Shown here: one piece after another, positions 1-8,901 of the stretch | Layout: every line of letters begins with the position of its first letter | Position numbering within the stretch: position 1 is the first letter of the stretch | From: an uncultured Gammaproteobacteria bacterium | GTDB taxonomy: Bacteria; Pseudomonadota; Gammaproteobacteria; DRLM01 | Length of the DNA: 64,000 bases | Direction of reading: 5' to 3' | Assembly (NCBI GenBank): GCA_963729605.1 | Contig: CAVSNY010000005.1 | Span: 32,001 to 96,000, forward strand | Notes under the pieces: generated by a model | The model's database searches: none | Told to the model about the DNA's origin: nothing | The model's input: the letters and a program-made list of their open reading frames with translations, nothing else | Translations under genes and position numbers: made by a program

Positions 1-600
1 TAACACCTCCAGCAAAGACGCGCGCACCATGCGCGACAACACCGCCGCCAGCGCCGTGCCCAAGGTCAGCGCCGGCAACACCAGCGAACTCAATTCATCG
101 CGGCCGCTCACCGGCAACCAGCCCAGCCACACCGAGAACACCAGAATCAGCAACGGCCCCAACCAGAAATTGGGCATGGACACGCCGAGCAGCGACACGC
201 CCATCGCGCCGTAATCCCACGCGGAATCTTTGCGGACCGCGGCCAGCACACCGAGCGGAAAGGCGATGAGCACCGCCACGCCCAAAGCCGCCGCCGCCAA
301 TTCCGCCGTGGCGGGAATACGCTCCCACAACATCTCCGTGATAGGGCGTTTGGAATGCAGCGAAGTACCCAAGTCCAATCGCAGCAGACCTTCCAAAAAA
401 TGCAGCAGCTGGGCCCAAAGCGGCTGATTGAGACCGAGCGCCTGCCGCAGCGCCTCGCGGTCGGCGGCGTGCGCCGATTCGCCCAACATCACCTCGACCG
501 GATCGCCGGGGACCAGATGCAGCAGCAGAAACACCAGACAGCTCACGCCCAGCAGTACCACGGCGGCGCTCAGCAAACGGGAGATGATGAAGACAGGCAT
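1..600 (-). CDS. Peptide/nickel ABC transporter permease (DppB/OppB/NikB-like), 3' end runs off the window
   Basis: Manual translation from ATG at 600: MPVFIISRLLSAAVVLLGVSCLVFLLLHLVPGDPVEVMLG...DLGTS...GVSMPNFWLG...LVLPALTLG...SRMVRASLLEVL, the typical BPD_transp_1 pattern; lies downstream of a family-5 binding protein. Confidence 0.9.
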   Translation of the reverse strand, partial: MPVFIISRLLSAAVVLLGVSCLVFLLLHLVPGDPVEVMLGESAHAADREALRQALGLNQPLWAQLLHFLEGLLRLDLGTSLHSKRPITEMLWERIPATAELAAAALGVAVLIAFPLGVLAAVRKDSAWDYGAMGVSLLGVSMPNFWLGPLLILVFSVWLGWLPVSGRDELSSLVLPALTLGTALAAVLSRMVRASLLEVL

Positions 601-616
601 GGTAGGTTGATGCGCC

Positions 617-1108
617 TTATTCGGTGATGATGACCGGCGTGCCCGCCGGCACGCGATCGAACAGCGCGATGATATCGCTGTTGCGCATGCGCACGCAGCC
701 GCGCGAACCCGGCACGCCCAGGACAACGTGGTCGGGCGTGCCGTGCAGATAAATGTAACGGCGCATGCTGTCGACATCGCCCCAGCGATTGCGGCCCGGC
801 TCGCGACCGCTCAGCCACAAGATGCGGGTCAGTATCCAATCGCGGCCGGGAAAACGCTCGCCCAGTTCGCGGCTGTAAATCTCGCCGGTGGGCCGGCGGC
901 CGACCAACACCGTGCCAGGGGCGCAACCGCCGCCGATTTTGGCGCGAATGATGTGCTCACCACGCGGCGTGCATTCGCTGCCCTGCCGTTCGCCGGCGCC
1001 GTTCTTGGCGGTGGACACCGGCACGTCCATCACCAGCGCGCCGTTCTCCCAATAACGCAGCCGCTGTTCGCCGATGTTGATCTCGATACGCGTCGGTTGA
1101 TTCATCAT
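617..1108 (-). CDS. L,D-transpeptidase family protein (YkuD domain)
   Basis: IEINIGEQRL, VSTAKNG, TPRG and IYLHGTP...GSRGCVRM (HxxxxxxxxxxxxSxGC catalytic motif). Confidence 0.9.
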   Translation of the reverse strand: MMNQPTRIEINIGEQRLRYWENGALVMDVPVSTAKNGAGERQGSECTPRGEHIIRAKIGGGCAPGTVLVGRRPTGEIYSRELGERFPGRDWILTRILWLSGREPGRNRWGDVDSMRRYIYLHGTPDHVVLGVPGSRGCVRMRNSDIIALFDRVPAGTPVIITE

Positions 1109-1146
1109 CCGCTACTCATCTTTATGGTCACTCTATCCATCCACCA

Positions 1147-1349
1147 CCCCTCTCCCTCGCCCTCTCCCGCAAGGGGAGAGGGATAGAGGCCGGCAAACAA
1201 ATCGGCCCGGCATCATCGCCGTCGCCCGTATTAAGAACCTCTCTCCTTCGAAGGGAGAGCGCGGCGAAAGGGGCGAAGCCGCTTGCGGAGAGGGTGAGTC
1301 AATCATCAACGATACTGTCATTCGTCCCTCTCCCGCCCGGGGCGAGGGA
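1147..1349. repeat. Cluster of family-B palindromic repeats (CCCTCNCCCCNNCCCTCTCCC-loop-GGGAGAGGG)
   Basis: Full copy 1147-1182, inverted longer variant 1238-1298 and partial copy 1325-1349, all intergenic. Confidence 0.75.
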
Positions 1350-1354
1350 CGTTG

Positions 1355-2875
1355 TTATTCCGCCGTCCGCCGCACGACGGTCAACCCATCATAATTGCCG
1401 TCGACGGCGGGCGTATAGCCGGCGATGGTGCGCCGCGCCACGAACACCTGGTCTTCGTACCACAAGGGCACATAGGGCAATTCCGCCAGCAAAACGGCCT
1501 GCAATTGCCGGTAATACGCGGCCTGCCGCACCGGGTCCTCCTCACCGGCGGCCGCCTCGATCAATTCATCCGCCGCCTTGCTGCGAAACCGGCCGCGGTT
1601 CGCCCCGACCGGCGGCACCTGGCTGCTGTGAAGAGCATAATGAAAAATGTCCGGCGTTTTCACTCCCACCCAGGCCAGGCTGAACATTTGAAAACGGCCG
1701 GCCTTGATGTCGCCGTAAAACGTACCCCAATCGTAGCTGCTCAGTTCGACGTCGATGCCCACCTCGCCCAGCTGTTGCTGAATGATGGTGGCGAGGCGCA
1801 GACGGAAGGCGTCGCTGGAGGTTTTATATTCGATGCGCGGCCGTTTTCCCTCGCCGTAACCCGCCTCCGCCAGCAAGGCCCGCGCCCGCACCGGATCGTA
1901 AGCCAGCAAAGGCAGCGCCGGATTGCCCGCCCAATGTTCCGGCGGCAATAAGGCGCTGGCGGGCCGCGCCGCGTCGCCCAAAACATAGTGGATGATGGCC
2001 TCGCGGTCGAGGGCGTGGGCGATCGCTTCGCGCACCGCGTGCCGGCTCACCAGCGGGTCGTCCATATTGAAACCGAGGTAGGCGAAATTCGAACCGCGGC
2101 CGCGTTGCACGCGCAACTCGGGCCGCGCCTCGGCGTAGCGGATCATCTCCGGCGGCAGATCGTTCTGCACCATGTCCAGTTCGCCGCGCTGGAGTTTGAG
2201 GATGCGCACGGTCGGGTCGCGCACCTGCAAAAATTCCAGACGCTGGCCGTCACTCACCCGCCGCAATTGCAGACGGCCCGGCTCGGGCCAGGCGACGAAA
2301 GCATAGGGGCCGCTGCCCAGCGCCGCTTGGTTAAAAATATGGCCCGCGGCGATGGCCGCGGCGGGCAAGATGCCGATCACCAGCCGGCCGGGGAACAACA
2401 CGTCCGGCCGCGATAAATGAAAATCCACGGTATCCTCATCGATCACCGCGATGGACGCGATCATCTCCAGACTGCCGCGATGTGGCGAGGCGGTTTTAGT
2501 GTCGAGCAAACTGTCGTACGTCGCCTGCACATCGCGCGCGGTCAGCCGACCGCCGTCATGAAAACGGCGGCCCTCGCCGTTCAGCAAATGAAAACGGTAG
2601 TGCAGCGGCGCCAGCCGCGTCCACTCCGCCAAACCGGCGACGGGTTGCTGCGCCGCGTCGAACTCCACCAGTTGCCGGTAGAGCAGCCGGTTGATGCGCG
2701 CCGAGGTGGCGTCGGTGGCGAAACGCGGATCGAGGGTCACCGGCGCGCTGGCCAAGCCGAAACGCAAGCTGTCGGGCGCGGACTTGCCGCCGCAGCTCAG
2801 CAACGGCAGCGCGCCTATCAGCAACACGAGAAACATGCCGAGACGGCGCGACACCAATCGCCGTATGACGTTCAA
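1355..2875 (-). CDS. ABC transporter substrate-binding lipoprotein, family 5 (peptide/nickel)
   Basis: Lipobox-like LLSC, TLDPR, FHDG..LTARDV, GSGPY, YLGFN, VREAIAHALDR motifs. Confidence 0.92.
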   Translation of the reverse strand: MNVIRRLVSRRLGMFLVLLIGALPLLSCGGKSAPDSLRFGLASAPVTLDPRFATDATSARINRLLYRQLVEFDAAQQPVAGLAEWTRLAPLHYRFHLLNGEGRRFHDGGRLTARDVQATYDSLLDTKTASPHRGSLEMIASIAVIDEDTVDFHLSRPDVLFPGRLVIGILPAAAIAAGHIFNQAALGSGPYAFVAWPEPGRLQLRRVSDGQRLEFLQVRDPTVRILKLQRGELDMVQNDLPPEMIRYAEARPELRVQRGRGSNFAYLGFNMDDPLVSRHAVREAIAHALDREAIIHYVLGDAARPASALLPPEHWAGNPALPLLAYDPVRARALLAEAGYGEGKRPRIEYKTSSDAFRLRLATIIQQQLGEVGIDVELSSYDWGTFYGDIKAGRFQMFSLAWVGVKTPDIFHYALHSSQVPPVGANRGRFRSKAADELIEAAAGEEDPVRQAAYYRQLQAVLLAELPYVPLWYEDQVFVARRTIAGYTPAVDGNYDGLTVVRRTAE

Positions 2876-2932
2876 GGGAAGCCATCCGTCATGATCGCCC
2901 TTTTCAAGAGCGGCCGTCCCGCATCACCGGCA

Positions 2933-3406
2933 TCAAGGCCGCCAATCTTTATACGGGTGTTTGACCAGGCAGACGTTGTAATAACGCGGATCGTAAGACA
3001 CCTCTGCACCCGCCCAGGGCGGTTTCTCAAAAACCTCATCCTCGCTGCCCAATTCGATTTCGGCGACGACCAGACCCGCGTTGTCGCCCGCGAACACGTC
3101 CACCTCCCAGACATGGCCGGCGTATTCCACTTCGTAACGGGTCTTTTCAATCAGCGGACCGTCGCAAAAATGGTCCAACAACTCGTCGGCATCCTTGGTC
3201 GGGATGGCGTATTCATATTCGCGGCGGCTCACCCCCAGCGTCGCGCTCTTGATATTGAGGAAGGCCTGCGCGCCTTGTAAACGCACGCGAATGGAAGACT
3301 GTTGACCGCCGCTCAAATAACCCTGGCGCATGAAAATCCCCGCCGCCGCCTGCGGCCGCCAACGTTCATCCAACACCAAAAACTTCCGTTCAATTTCGGT
3401 CGCCAT
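2933..3406 (-). CDS. CYTH domain protein (triphosphate tunnel metalloenzyme)
   Basis: MATEIERKFLV (ExExK), QGYL, IEKTRY, WEVDVF, VVAEIEL; GGAG RBS upstream of ATG at 3406. Confidence 0.92.
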   Translation of the reverse strand: MATEIERKFLVLDERWRPQAAAGIFMRQGYLSGGQQSSIRVRLQGAQAFLNIKSATLGVSRREYEYAIPTKDADELLDHFCDGPLIEKTRYEVEYAGHVWEVDVFAGDNAGLVVAEIELGSEDEVFEKPPWAGAEVSYDPRYYNVCLVKHPYKDWRP

Positions 3407-3864
3407 GCTCGCCTCTCTCCAACCGCCACCGACCGGTGGCGCCGATGGTCGGGAATTGTACACCACCCGGCGTCCATCGCCTTTATGGCATCATCGTCCA
3501 CGGAGTGATCGACTTCCCGCAAAAACGCTACAGCGGTCAAACGCTGCTCGACCGCGATCGGCGGGCATGCCGAGAATTGCGCCGCCGTTACGCCCGCTCG
3601 ATCTCTCGCGAGCGCGAGGCCCTGCAAGACGGGGCGGAAATCAGGATCAACAACGTGATCGCCGCGCAACGGGAAGTCCGCGCGGGCGCGCTGAGACGCA
3701 CCGCGCCCGCGTCTCGGAAAAAATGCGGGCCGCGTTGCGCTCGGCTCGGATGCACATCGTCTCGCCGCTAAAAACCCCCCGGCGCGCTGAACATTTCCGA
3801 CTTGCGCATTCCGCCGCCACTCTTGCTACACTCGCGGTAGGTGATAGGCAGGAGGAAGCCCTTC

Positions 3865-4866
3865 ATGAAGGCCATGGTGATGACGGTGCCTGGCGCGCCG
3901 AAGGTATTGCAGCTGCATGAAGTCCCCACCCCCGCGCTGAGCGGCGGACGCCAGCTATTGGTACGCTTGCACGCCGCCGGCGTCAATCCGGTGGACACCA
4001 AACTGCGCGGCCGCGGCACTTATTTTCCCGAGCGTATGCCCGCCATTCTCGGTTGCGACGGCGCCGGGGTGGTGGAAGCCGCGGGACCCGAGGCTCAGGA
4101 TTTCCAAGTCGGCGACGCGGTGTATTTCTGCAACGGCGGCATCGGCGGACATCCGGGCAATTACGCGGAATACGCGGTGATCGACGAACGATTGGCCGCG
4201 CCCAAACCCCGCACCCTCAGCTTCGTCGAAGCGGCGGCGGTGCCGCTGGCGCTGATCACCGCCTGGGAAGCCCTCCACGACCGGGCTCACATCCAAGAGG
4301 GACAACAAGTATTGATCCACGCCGGCGCCGGCGGGGTGGGCCATCTGGCGATCCAATTGGCCAAGTTGCACGGCGCCCGGGTCTGCGCCACCGTGTCCAG
4401 TCCGGCCAAGGCGGAATTGGTAAGCGAACTCGGCGCCGAATTGGCGGTTGATTATCGTAAGACGGATTTCGTCGCGGCGGTGAATGAATGGAGCGGCGGC
4501 CGGGGCGTGGACATGGCCTTGGACAGCGTCGGCGGCATCACCTTCGCCCGCACGATGAGCGCCGTGCGCCACTACGGCGATCTGGTCACCTTGCTGCAAC
4601 CGGGCGCAGACCTAGATTGGAAAGAGGCGCGACTGCGCAATCTACGCGTCAGTTTCGAGCTGATGTTGACTCCCATGTTATATGGCCTGATGAATGTCCA
4701 ACAACATCACGCCGATATTTTACGTCGCGCCGCGGCGTTGTTCGACGCGGGCACATTGCATATTCATATCAGCCACACCCTGCCCTTGGAACAGGCGGCG
4801 GAGGCGCATCAACTCATCGAGGCCGGTGGCGTCACCGGCAAAATCGTCCTCACCATCGCCGAGTGA
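3865..4866 (+). CDS. MDR-family zinc-type alcohol dehydrogenase-like / quinone oxidoreductase
   Basis: AAGVNPVDTK, ILGCDGAGVV, IHAGAGGVGH Rossmann motif, GKIVL; AGGAGG RBS before ATG 3865. Confidence 0.92.
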   Translation: MKAMVMTVPGAPKVLQLHEVPTPALSGGRQLLVRLHAAGVNPVDTKLRGRGTYFPERMPAILGCDGAGVVEAAGPEAQDFQVGDAVYFCNGGIGGHPGNYAEYAVIDERLAAPKPRTLSFVEAAAVPLALITAWEALHDRAHIQEGQQVLIHAGAGGVGHLAIQLAKLHGARVCATVSSPAKAELVSELGAELAVDYRKTDFVAAVNEWSGGRGVDMALDSVGGITFARTMSAVRHYGDLVTLLQPGADLDWKEARLRNLRVSFELMLTPMLYGLMNVQQHHADILRRAAALFDAGTLHIHISHTLPLEQAAEAHQLIEAGGVTGKIVLTIAE

Positions 4867-4884
4867 ACGGCGCCTAGGATCAGC

Positions 4885-5313
4885 ATGATCAGCAACAATG
4901 TCCCTTTCGTATTTTTTTACGGATCCTTACTGGTCGGCACCGGCGACCGCCGCTTCGACGCCTGGCTGCGCGGGGCGATTTATCCTTGGTCGGAAGGTTA
5001 TATCCAGGCGCAGCTCTACGACTTCGGCACCTATGCGGCGGCGGTCACCTCCAATCAAAAAAACGACAAAGTGTACGGCACGGTATTCCGACTACGACGC
5101 CCCGAATTTCTCGACCGGATCGATCGTTACCAACTTTATCGCCCGGACGCCCATCACCACAGCGAATTCATCCGCCGCCTCACCCAAATCACCCAGTTGC
5201 CGAGCGGCCGCCCATTTACCTGCTGGGTATATTTCTACAGTGCCGTCGTAACCGGTCGTCCCCGCATCCGCCATGGTAACTACCGGGCCTTTCTCGCGAC
5301 ACAACGGCGTTAA
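4885..5313 (+). CDS. Gamma-glutamylcyclotransferase (AIG2-like) family protein
   Basis: FFYGSLL, LYDFGTY, VYGTVF, LDRIDRY, CWVYFY motifs. Confidence 0.8.
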   Translation: MISNNVPFVFFYGSLLVGTGDRRFDAWLRGAIYPWSEGYIQAQLYDFGTYAAAVTSNQKNDKVYGTVFRLRRPEFLDRIDRYQLYRPDAHHHSEFIRRLTQITQLPSGRPFTCWVYFYSAVVTGRPRIRHGNYRAFLATQRR

Positions 5314-5578
5314 TCCCGCGGCCGGTTGGAGCGGCTATGGAAGAACTCCATTTTCTTGGCCAATGGAACAGGCTGCGTCAAATGCCCCCGGCATAGCCGG
5401 TGGCTACTGGTGGCGCTTTAAAACACCGGCCGCTCATGACGGCCGTTGCACCGATGACTCTATTTTTGATGAGCGGCGACTCCGAAGAGGGCGCGCCAGA
5501 AAGCAGCCACACGCTCACTTTGTGCGCAGCTATCATTTCTTCCGCTTTGCGACCGACCCCTCGTGGCGATAAAGCAAA

Positions 5579-5623
5579 ACCACCCCGGCCCTGCGGGCCA
5601 CCCCTCCTTATGAAAGGAGGGGA
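5579..5623 (+). repeat. Family-A double-hairpin repeat (solo copy)
   Basis: ACCACCCC-GGCCC tgc GGGCC-A-CCCCTCCTT atga AAGGAGGGG. Confidence 0.9.
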
Positions 5624-5645
5624 TAAGCTCCCAAACAATCGACCG

Positions 5646-5729
5646 CCGCACCCATCACCGCACCCATCGCCGCACCCATCGCCGCACCCATCACCGCACC
5701 CATCACCGCATCCATCGCCGCATCCATCG
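5646..5729. repeat. 12-bp tandem repeat CCGCAYCCATCR x7
   Basis: Counted directly; gives the PHPS/GDGC repeats in the ORF track. Confidence 0.95.
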
Positions 5730-5890
5730 CCGCGCCTCACCGCGCCTATCACCACGTAAACAGCCTTGCGGGTGTCGCGGCCTCAGGAAACGATTCGCGC
5801 CTCGGTGCGGGAATTGACCTCGGTCTCGCGACGTTGATTCTTGTGCGCCGATGGCCTGCGTGCGTTCGATGCGCTGCCGCGCAACACATC

Positions 5891-6248
5891 AATGACTGAC
5901 GCCGCTTCGCATCTATCTCGGACTTCTCGCGCTGACATCGTCTCCCTTGACTCGTCGCGCATCCCCCGGCGGGGGTCGGGGTCTACCTCCATGAATTAAA
6001 TTGGCTGACTGCGCGGAAGGAATCCCCGCGCTTGTTCAAGGAGGAGAATCGCGACCGCCTCGCTACGCTAATGACCGACGCCGCTTCGCATCTATCTCGG
6101 ACTTCTCGCGCTGACATCGTCTCCCTTGACTCGTCGCGCACCCCCCGGCGGGGATCGGGGTCTACCTCCATGAATTAAATTGGCTGATTGCGCGGAAGAA
6201 ATCCCCGCGCTTGCTCAAGGGGGAAGATCGCGGCCGCCTCGCTACGCT
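5891..6248. repeat. 179-bp tandem duplication (2 near-identical units)
   Basis: Units start AATGACYGACGCCGCTTCGCATCTATCTCGG at 5891 and 6070 and both end CGCTACGCT. Confidence 0.95.
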
Positions 6249-6320
6249 CTCCCCTCCTCGCATCCCCTTCGCCTGGTCCAGCGGCTTGCCGCGGGGACTT
6301 TCAATAAGATTTAAACCGGC

Positions 6321-7646
6321 TCATGCCTGTTCGAACAACGCGATGCACTCGACATGAGTGGTATGAGGAAACATATCCATCACCCCGGCTTTGCGCAGAC
6401 GATAGCCGTGCTGCTGCACCAGCTCCGCCGCGTCGCGGGCGAAGGTGGCGGGGTTGCAACTGACATAAACGATGCGCGCCGCGCCCAATTTGGCGATGCG
6501 CCGCACCACTTCTAGAGCACCCGTACGCGGCGGGTCCAATAAAATTTTATCGAAGCCCCGCGCCGCCCACGGCCACATTGAAAGCGGATCACCGAGATCG
6601 GCGGCGTGAAATTCGGCGTTTTCGATAGCGTTGCGGCGGGCGTTGTCGCGGGCGCGCGCCACCAACTGCGCATCGCCTTCGACACCCGTCACCCAGGCCG
6701 CGCGGCGCGCGATCGGCAGGGTGAAATTGCCGAGCCCGCAAAACAGATCCAACACCCGTTCATCGCCGCGCAGGTCCAGCAGTTCCAGCGCGCGTTTGAT
6801 CATGGCGCCATTGATGTCGCCGTTGACCTGGGTGAAGTCGGTGGGGCGGAATTCCAGTTCCACATCGAACTCCGGCAAGCGATAGCTGAGCCGCGGGTCC
6901 GCCGGCCATAACGGCGTCACACTGTCCGGCCCGGCCGCTTGCAGATAGATGTAAAAACCCCGCCGCTCGCCGAAGGCGCGCAGCGCGCTGAGGTCGTGTT
7001 CGCTCAAGGGATCGAGATGCCGGAACACCAGACCGACCGCCTGATCACCCGCCGCCACTTCCACTTGCGGGATGCGTTGATAAGCATCCAACCCGCGCAG
7101 CAGCTCGCGCAACGCCACTAAATTTTGGCCGACCTGGGGATGCAAGACCTCGCAGCGGCTTAAATCGGCGAGATAGGCGCTGCGCTTTTCGCGGAAACCG
7201 ACCAGCATCGCCGATTTTTTCTCGACGTATTTGGCGCCGAGCCGGGCGCGGCGCCGATAGCCCCAATGGGGACCGGTGAGCGGCGGCAGGATTTCCTCGG
7301 GCGTCACACCGCCGATGCGGCGGAGATCGTCCAAGAGGATCTGCTGTTTCATGCCGATCTGCGCCTCGGCATGCAGGTGTTGCAGACTGCAACCGCCGCA
7401 CAGACCGAAGTGAACGCAGCGCGGCGTCACCCGCTCCGGCGCGGCGCGGATCACCTCGCTGACCACGCCTTCGTCGTAGCGCTTGTGGCGCGCCACCAAG
7501 GTGAAATCGACTTCTTCGCCGGGCAAGCCGCCTTCGATGAAGGTGGCCTTGCCGTCGATGCGCGCCACGCCGCGGCCATCGTGATTCAGCGTATCGATGG
7601 TGGCGCGGAAGGTGGCGCTGGGCAGGGGTTTGCGCTTGCGGGACAT
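6321..7646 (-). CDS. rlmD: 23S rRNA (uracil-1939-C5)-methyltransferase
   Basis: TRAM domain, CxxxxxCGGC Fe-S motif, FTQVN, VLDLFCGLGNF, LDPPRTG, YVSCNP, DMFPHTTHVE. Confidence 0.96.
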   Translation of the reverse strand: MSRKRKPLPSATFRATIDTLNHDGRGVARIDGKATFIEGGLPGEEVDFTLVARHKRYDEGVVSEVIRAAPERVTPRCVHFGLCGGCSLQHLHAEAQIGMKQQILLDDLRRIGGVTPEEILPPLTGPHWGYRRRARLGAKYVEKKSAMLVGFREKRSAYLADLSRCEVLHPQVGQNLVALRELLRGLDAYQRIPQVEVAAGDQAVGLVFRHLDPLSEHDLSALRAFGERRGFYIYLQAAGPDSVTPLWPADPRLSYRLPEFDVELEFRPTDFTQVNGDINGAMIKRALELLDLRGDERVLDLFCGLGNFTLPIARRAAWVTGVEGDAQLVARARDNARRNAIENAEFHAADLGDPLSMWPWAARGFDKILLDPPRTGALEVVRRIAKLGAARIVYVSCNPATFARDAAELVQQHGYRLRKAGVMDMFPHTTHVECIALFEQA

Positions 7647-7683
7647 CGACTTCTCTTCGTAAATAAAGCGGGATGAGCGCGCT

Positions 7684-8481
7684 TCAGCGCGCCGGGGAAG
7701 ACAAGGACGGTTCACGCCACGCAGCGAGAAATTCCTGTAAATGCGGCCGCGGATCGGCGGCCAAGGTGCTGCGCAGCAGCGCGCACTCGCGCTGATAGGC
7801 CTCGCGGTCGAGATGGCCGCGCATCAGTTCGAAACGCAGATATACCAGATAGGTGTTCAGCACATCGGTCTCGCAATAGTTGCGGATGCCGGCGAGATCG
7901 CCGGCCAGGAAGTGATCCCACACCTTGGCGCCGCTCATGCCCATCTTGCCGGGAAAACCCAGCAGGCTGGCGATTTGATCGAGGGGCGCGTTGGCGCGCG
8001 GCTGATAACCGGCCAGCACGTCCATCAGATCGATATGCCGCCAATGAAAGCGACCGAGGTAATTGCTCCATTTGAACTCGCGATCGAGTTCGCCCACGTC
8101 CCAATAACGCGGCGCCGACACACCGTGGCGCAAGGCGCGGTAGTGCAGCACCGGCAGATCGAATCCGCCGCCGTTCCACGACACCAGGGTGGGCACGTAT
8201 TTATCCAGGCCGTCGAAGAAGCGCTGGATGATTTCCTGTTCGGAGGCGTCCAATTCGCCCAAGGACCATACCTTGAGCTGCTCGGCGCTGCGAAATACCG
8301 CCGAGATGGCCACCACTCGCTGTAAATGCAGGCGCAGAAAATCCGAATCGCCGGTCTCCTGCCGCCGCATGTGATGCATGACATCGGCCACCTCTTTGTC
8401 CGACAGGCCGTCGAGGTCGTACAGACGGCGCCCGCCTTCCACGTCGGGGATGGTTTCGATGTCGAAGACTAAAACGTTCAT
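7684..8481 (-). CDS. PolB-like 3'-5' exonuclease family protein
   Basis: VFDIETIPD (ExoI), SWNGGGFDLPVL (ExoII), YCETDVLNT (ExoIII); usual cysM-exo-rlmD neighbourhood. Confidence 0.9.
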   Translation of the reverse strand: MNVLVFDIETIPDVEGGRRLYDLDGLSDKEVADVMHHMRRQETGDSDFLRLHLQRVVAISAVFRSAEQLKVWSLGELDASEQEIIQRFFDGLDKYVPTLVSWNGGGFDLPVLHYRALRHGVSAPRYWDVGELDREFKWSNYLGRFHWRHIDLMDVLAGYQPRANAPLDQIASLLGFPGKMGMSGAKVWDHFLAGDLAGIRNYCETDVLNTYLVYLRFELMRGHLDREAYQRECALLRSTLAADPRPHLQEFLAAWREPSLSSPAR

Positions 8482-8674
8482 GACGCAGTGGACCTCTTTT
8501 CTTATTAAAGCCTATCTCAAAATTGGGACTTCAAACTGGTTAACCATCCGCGTTCCATATCAGTATTTCTCGGTAAATAATCAACGTTCATAGGCGTCAT
8601 ACAGGGCGAATACTCTTAAAATCAATGTTGAGATAAATTCTAGTATAGTGCTTCGCCTATTCAGAAACAGAAAT

Positions 8675-8810
8675 CTCCCCTCCTTGAATAAGGAGGGGTG
8701 CCCCGCAGGGGCGGGGTGGTGGTGCGTTGCAGTAAACGCCCGCTCTTGCACCTCGCTGCGACCACCACCCCGGCGCTCGCGCGCCACCCCTCCTCAAAAG
8801 AGGAGGGGAG
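8675..8810. repeat. Inverted doublet of family-A repeats (L 8675-8720, R 8764-8810, 43-bp spacer); REPIN/MITE-like
   Basis: Same L and R variants and orientation as the pair flanking the DUF559 gene. Confidence 0.9.
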
Positions 8811-8901
8811 TGACAAATAGTTTGCTCTTTATCGCAGAGCCAATATCCCATCCAGTGCGAAGCGCTGTACCCATCCGGTCAGTCGGTGACTCGCCGCCCG
8901 T

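Noticed and set aside
3313-3920. ORFs between the CYTH and MDR genes
   Set aside because: No recognisable motifs, overlapping frames typical of GC-rich DNA; more likely a divergent promoter region
5579-5623. Family-A hairpins as simple intrinsic terminators
   Set aside because: No consistent U-tract on either strand, and copies occur in both orientations within co-directional operons
5381-5835. IS200/605 remnant (hairpin GCCCCCGGCATAGCCGGTGGC near 5383 and a GIDLGL peptide near 5809)
   Set aside because: The peptide is too short, is not conserved in the homologous copy at 35590, and no other TnpA/TnpB motifs are visible
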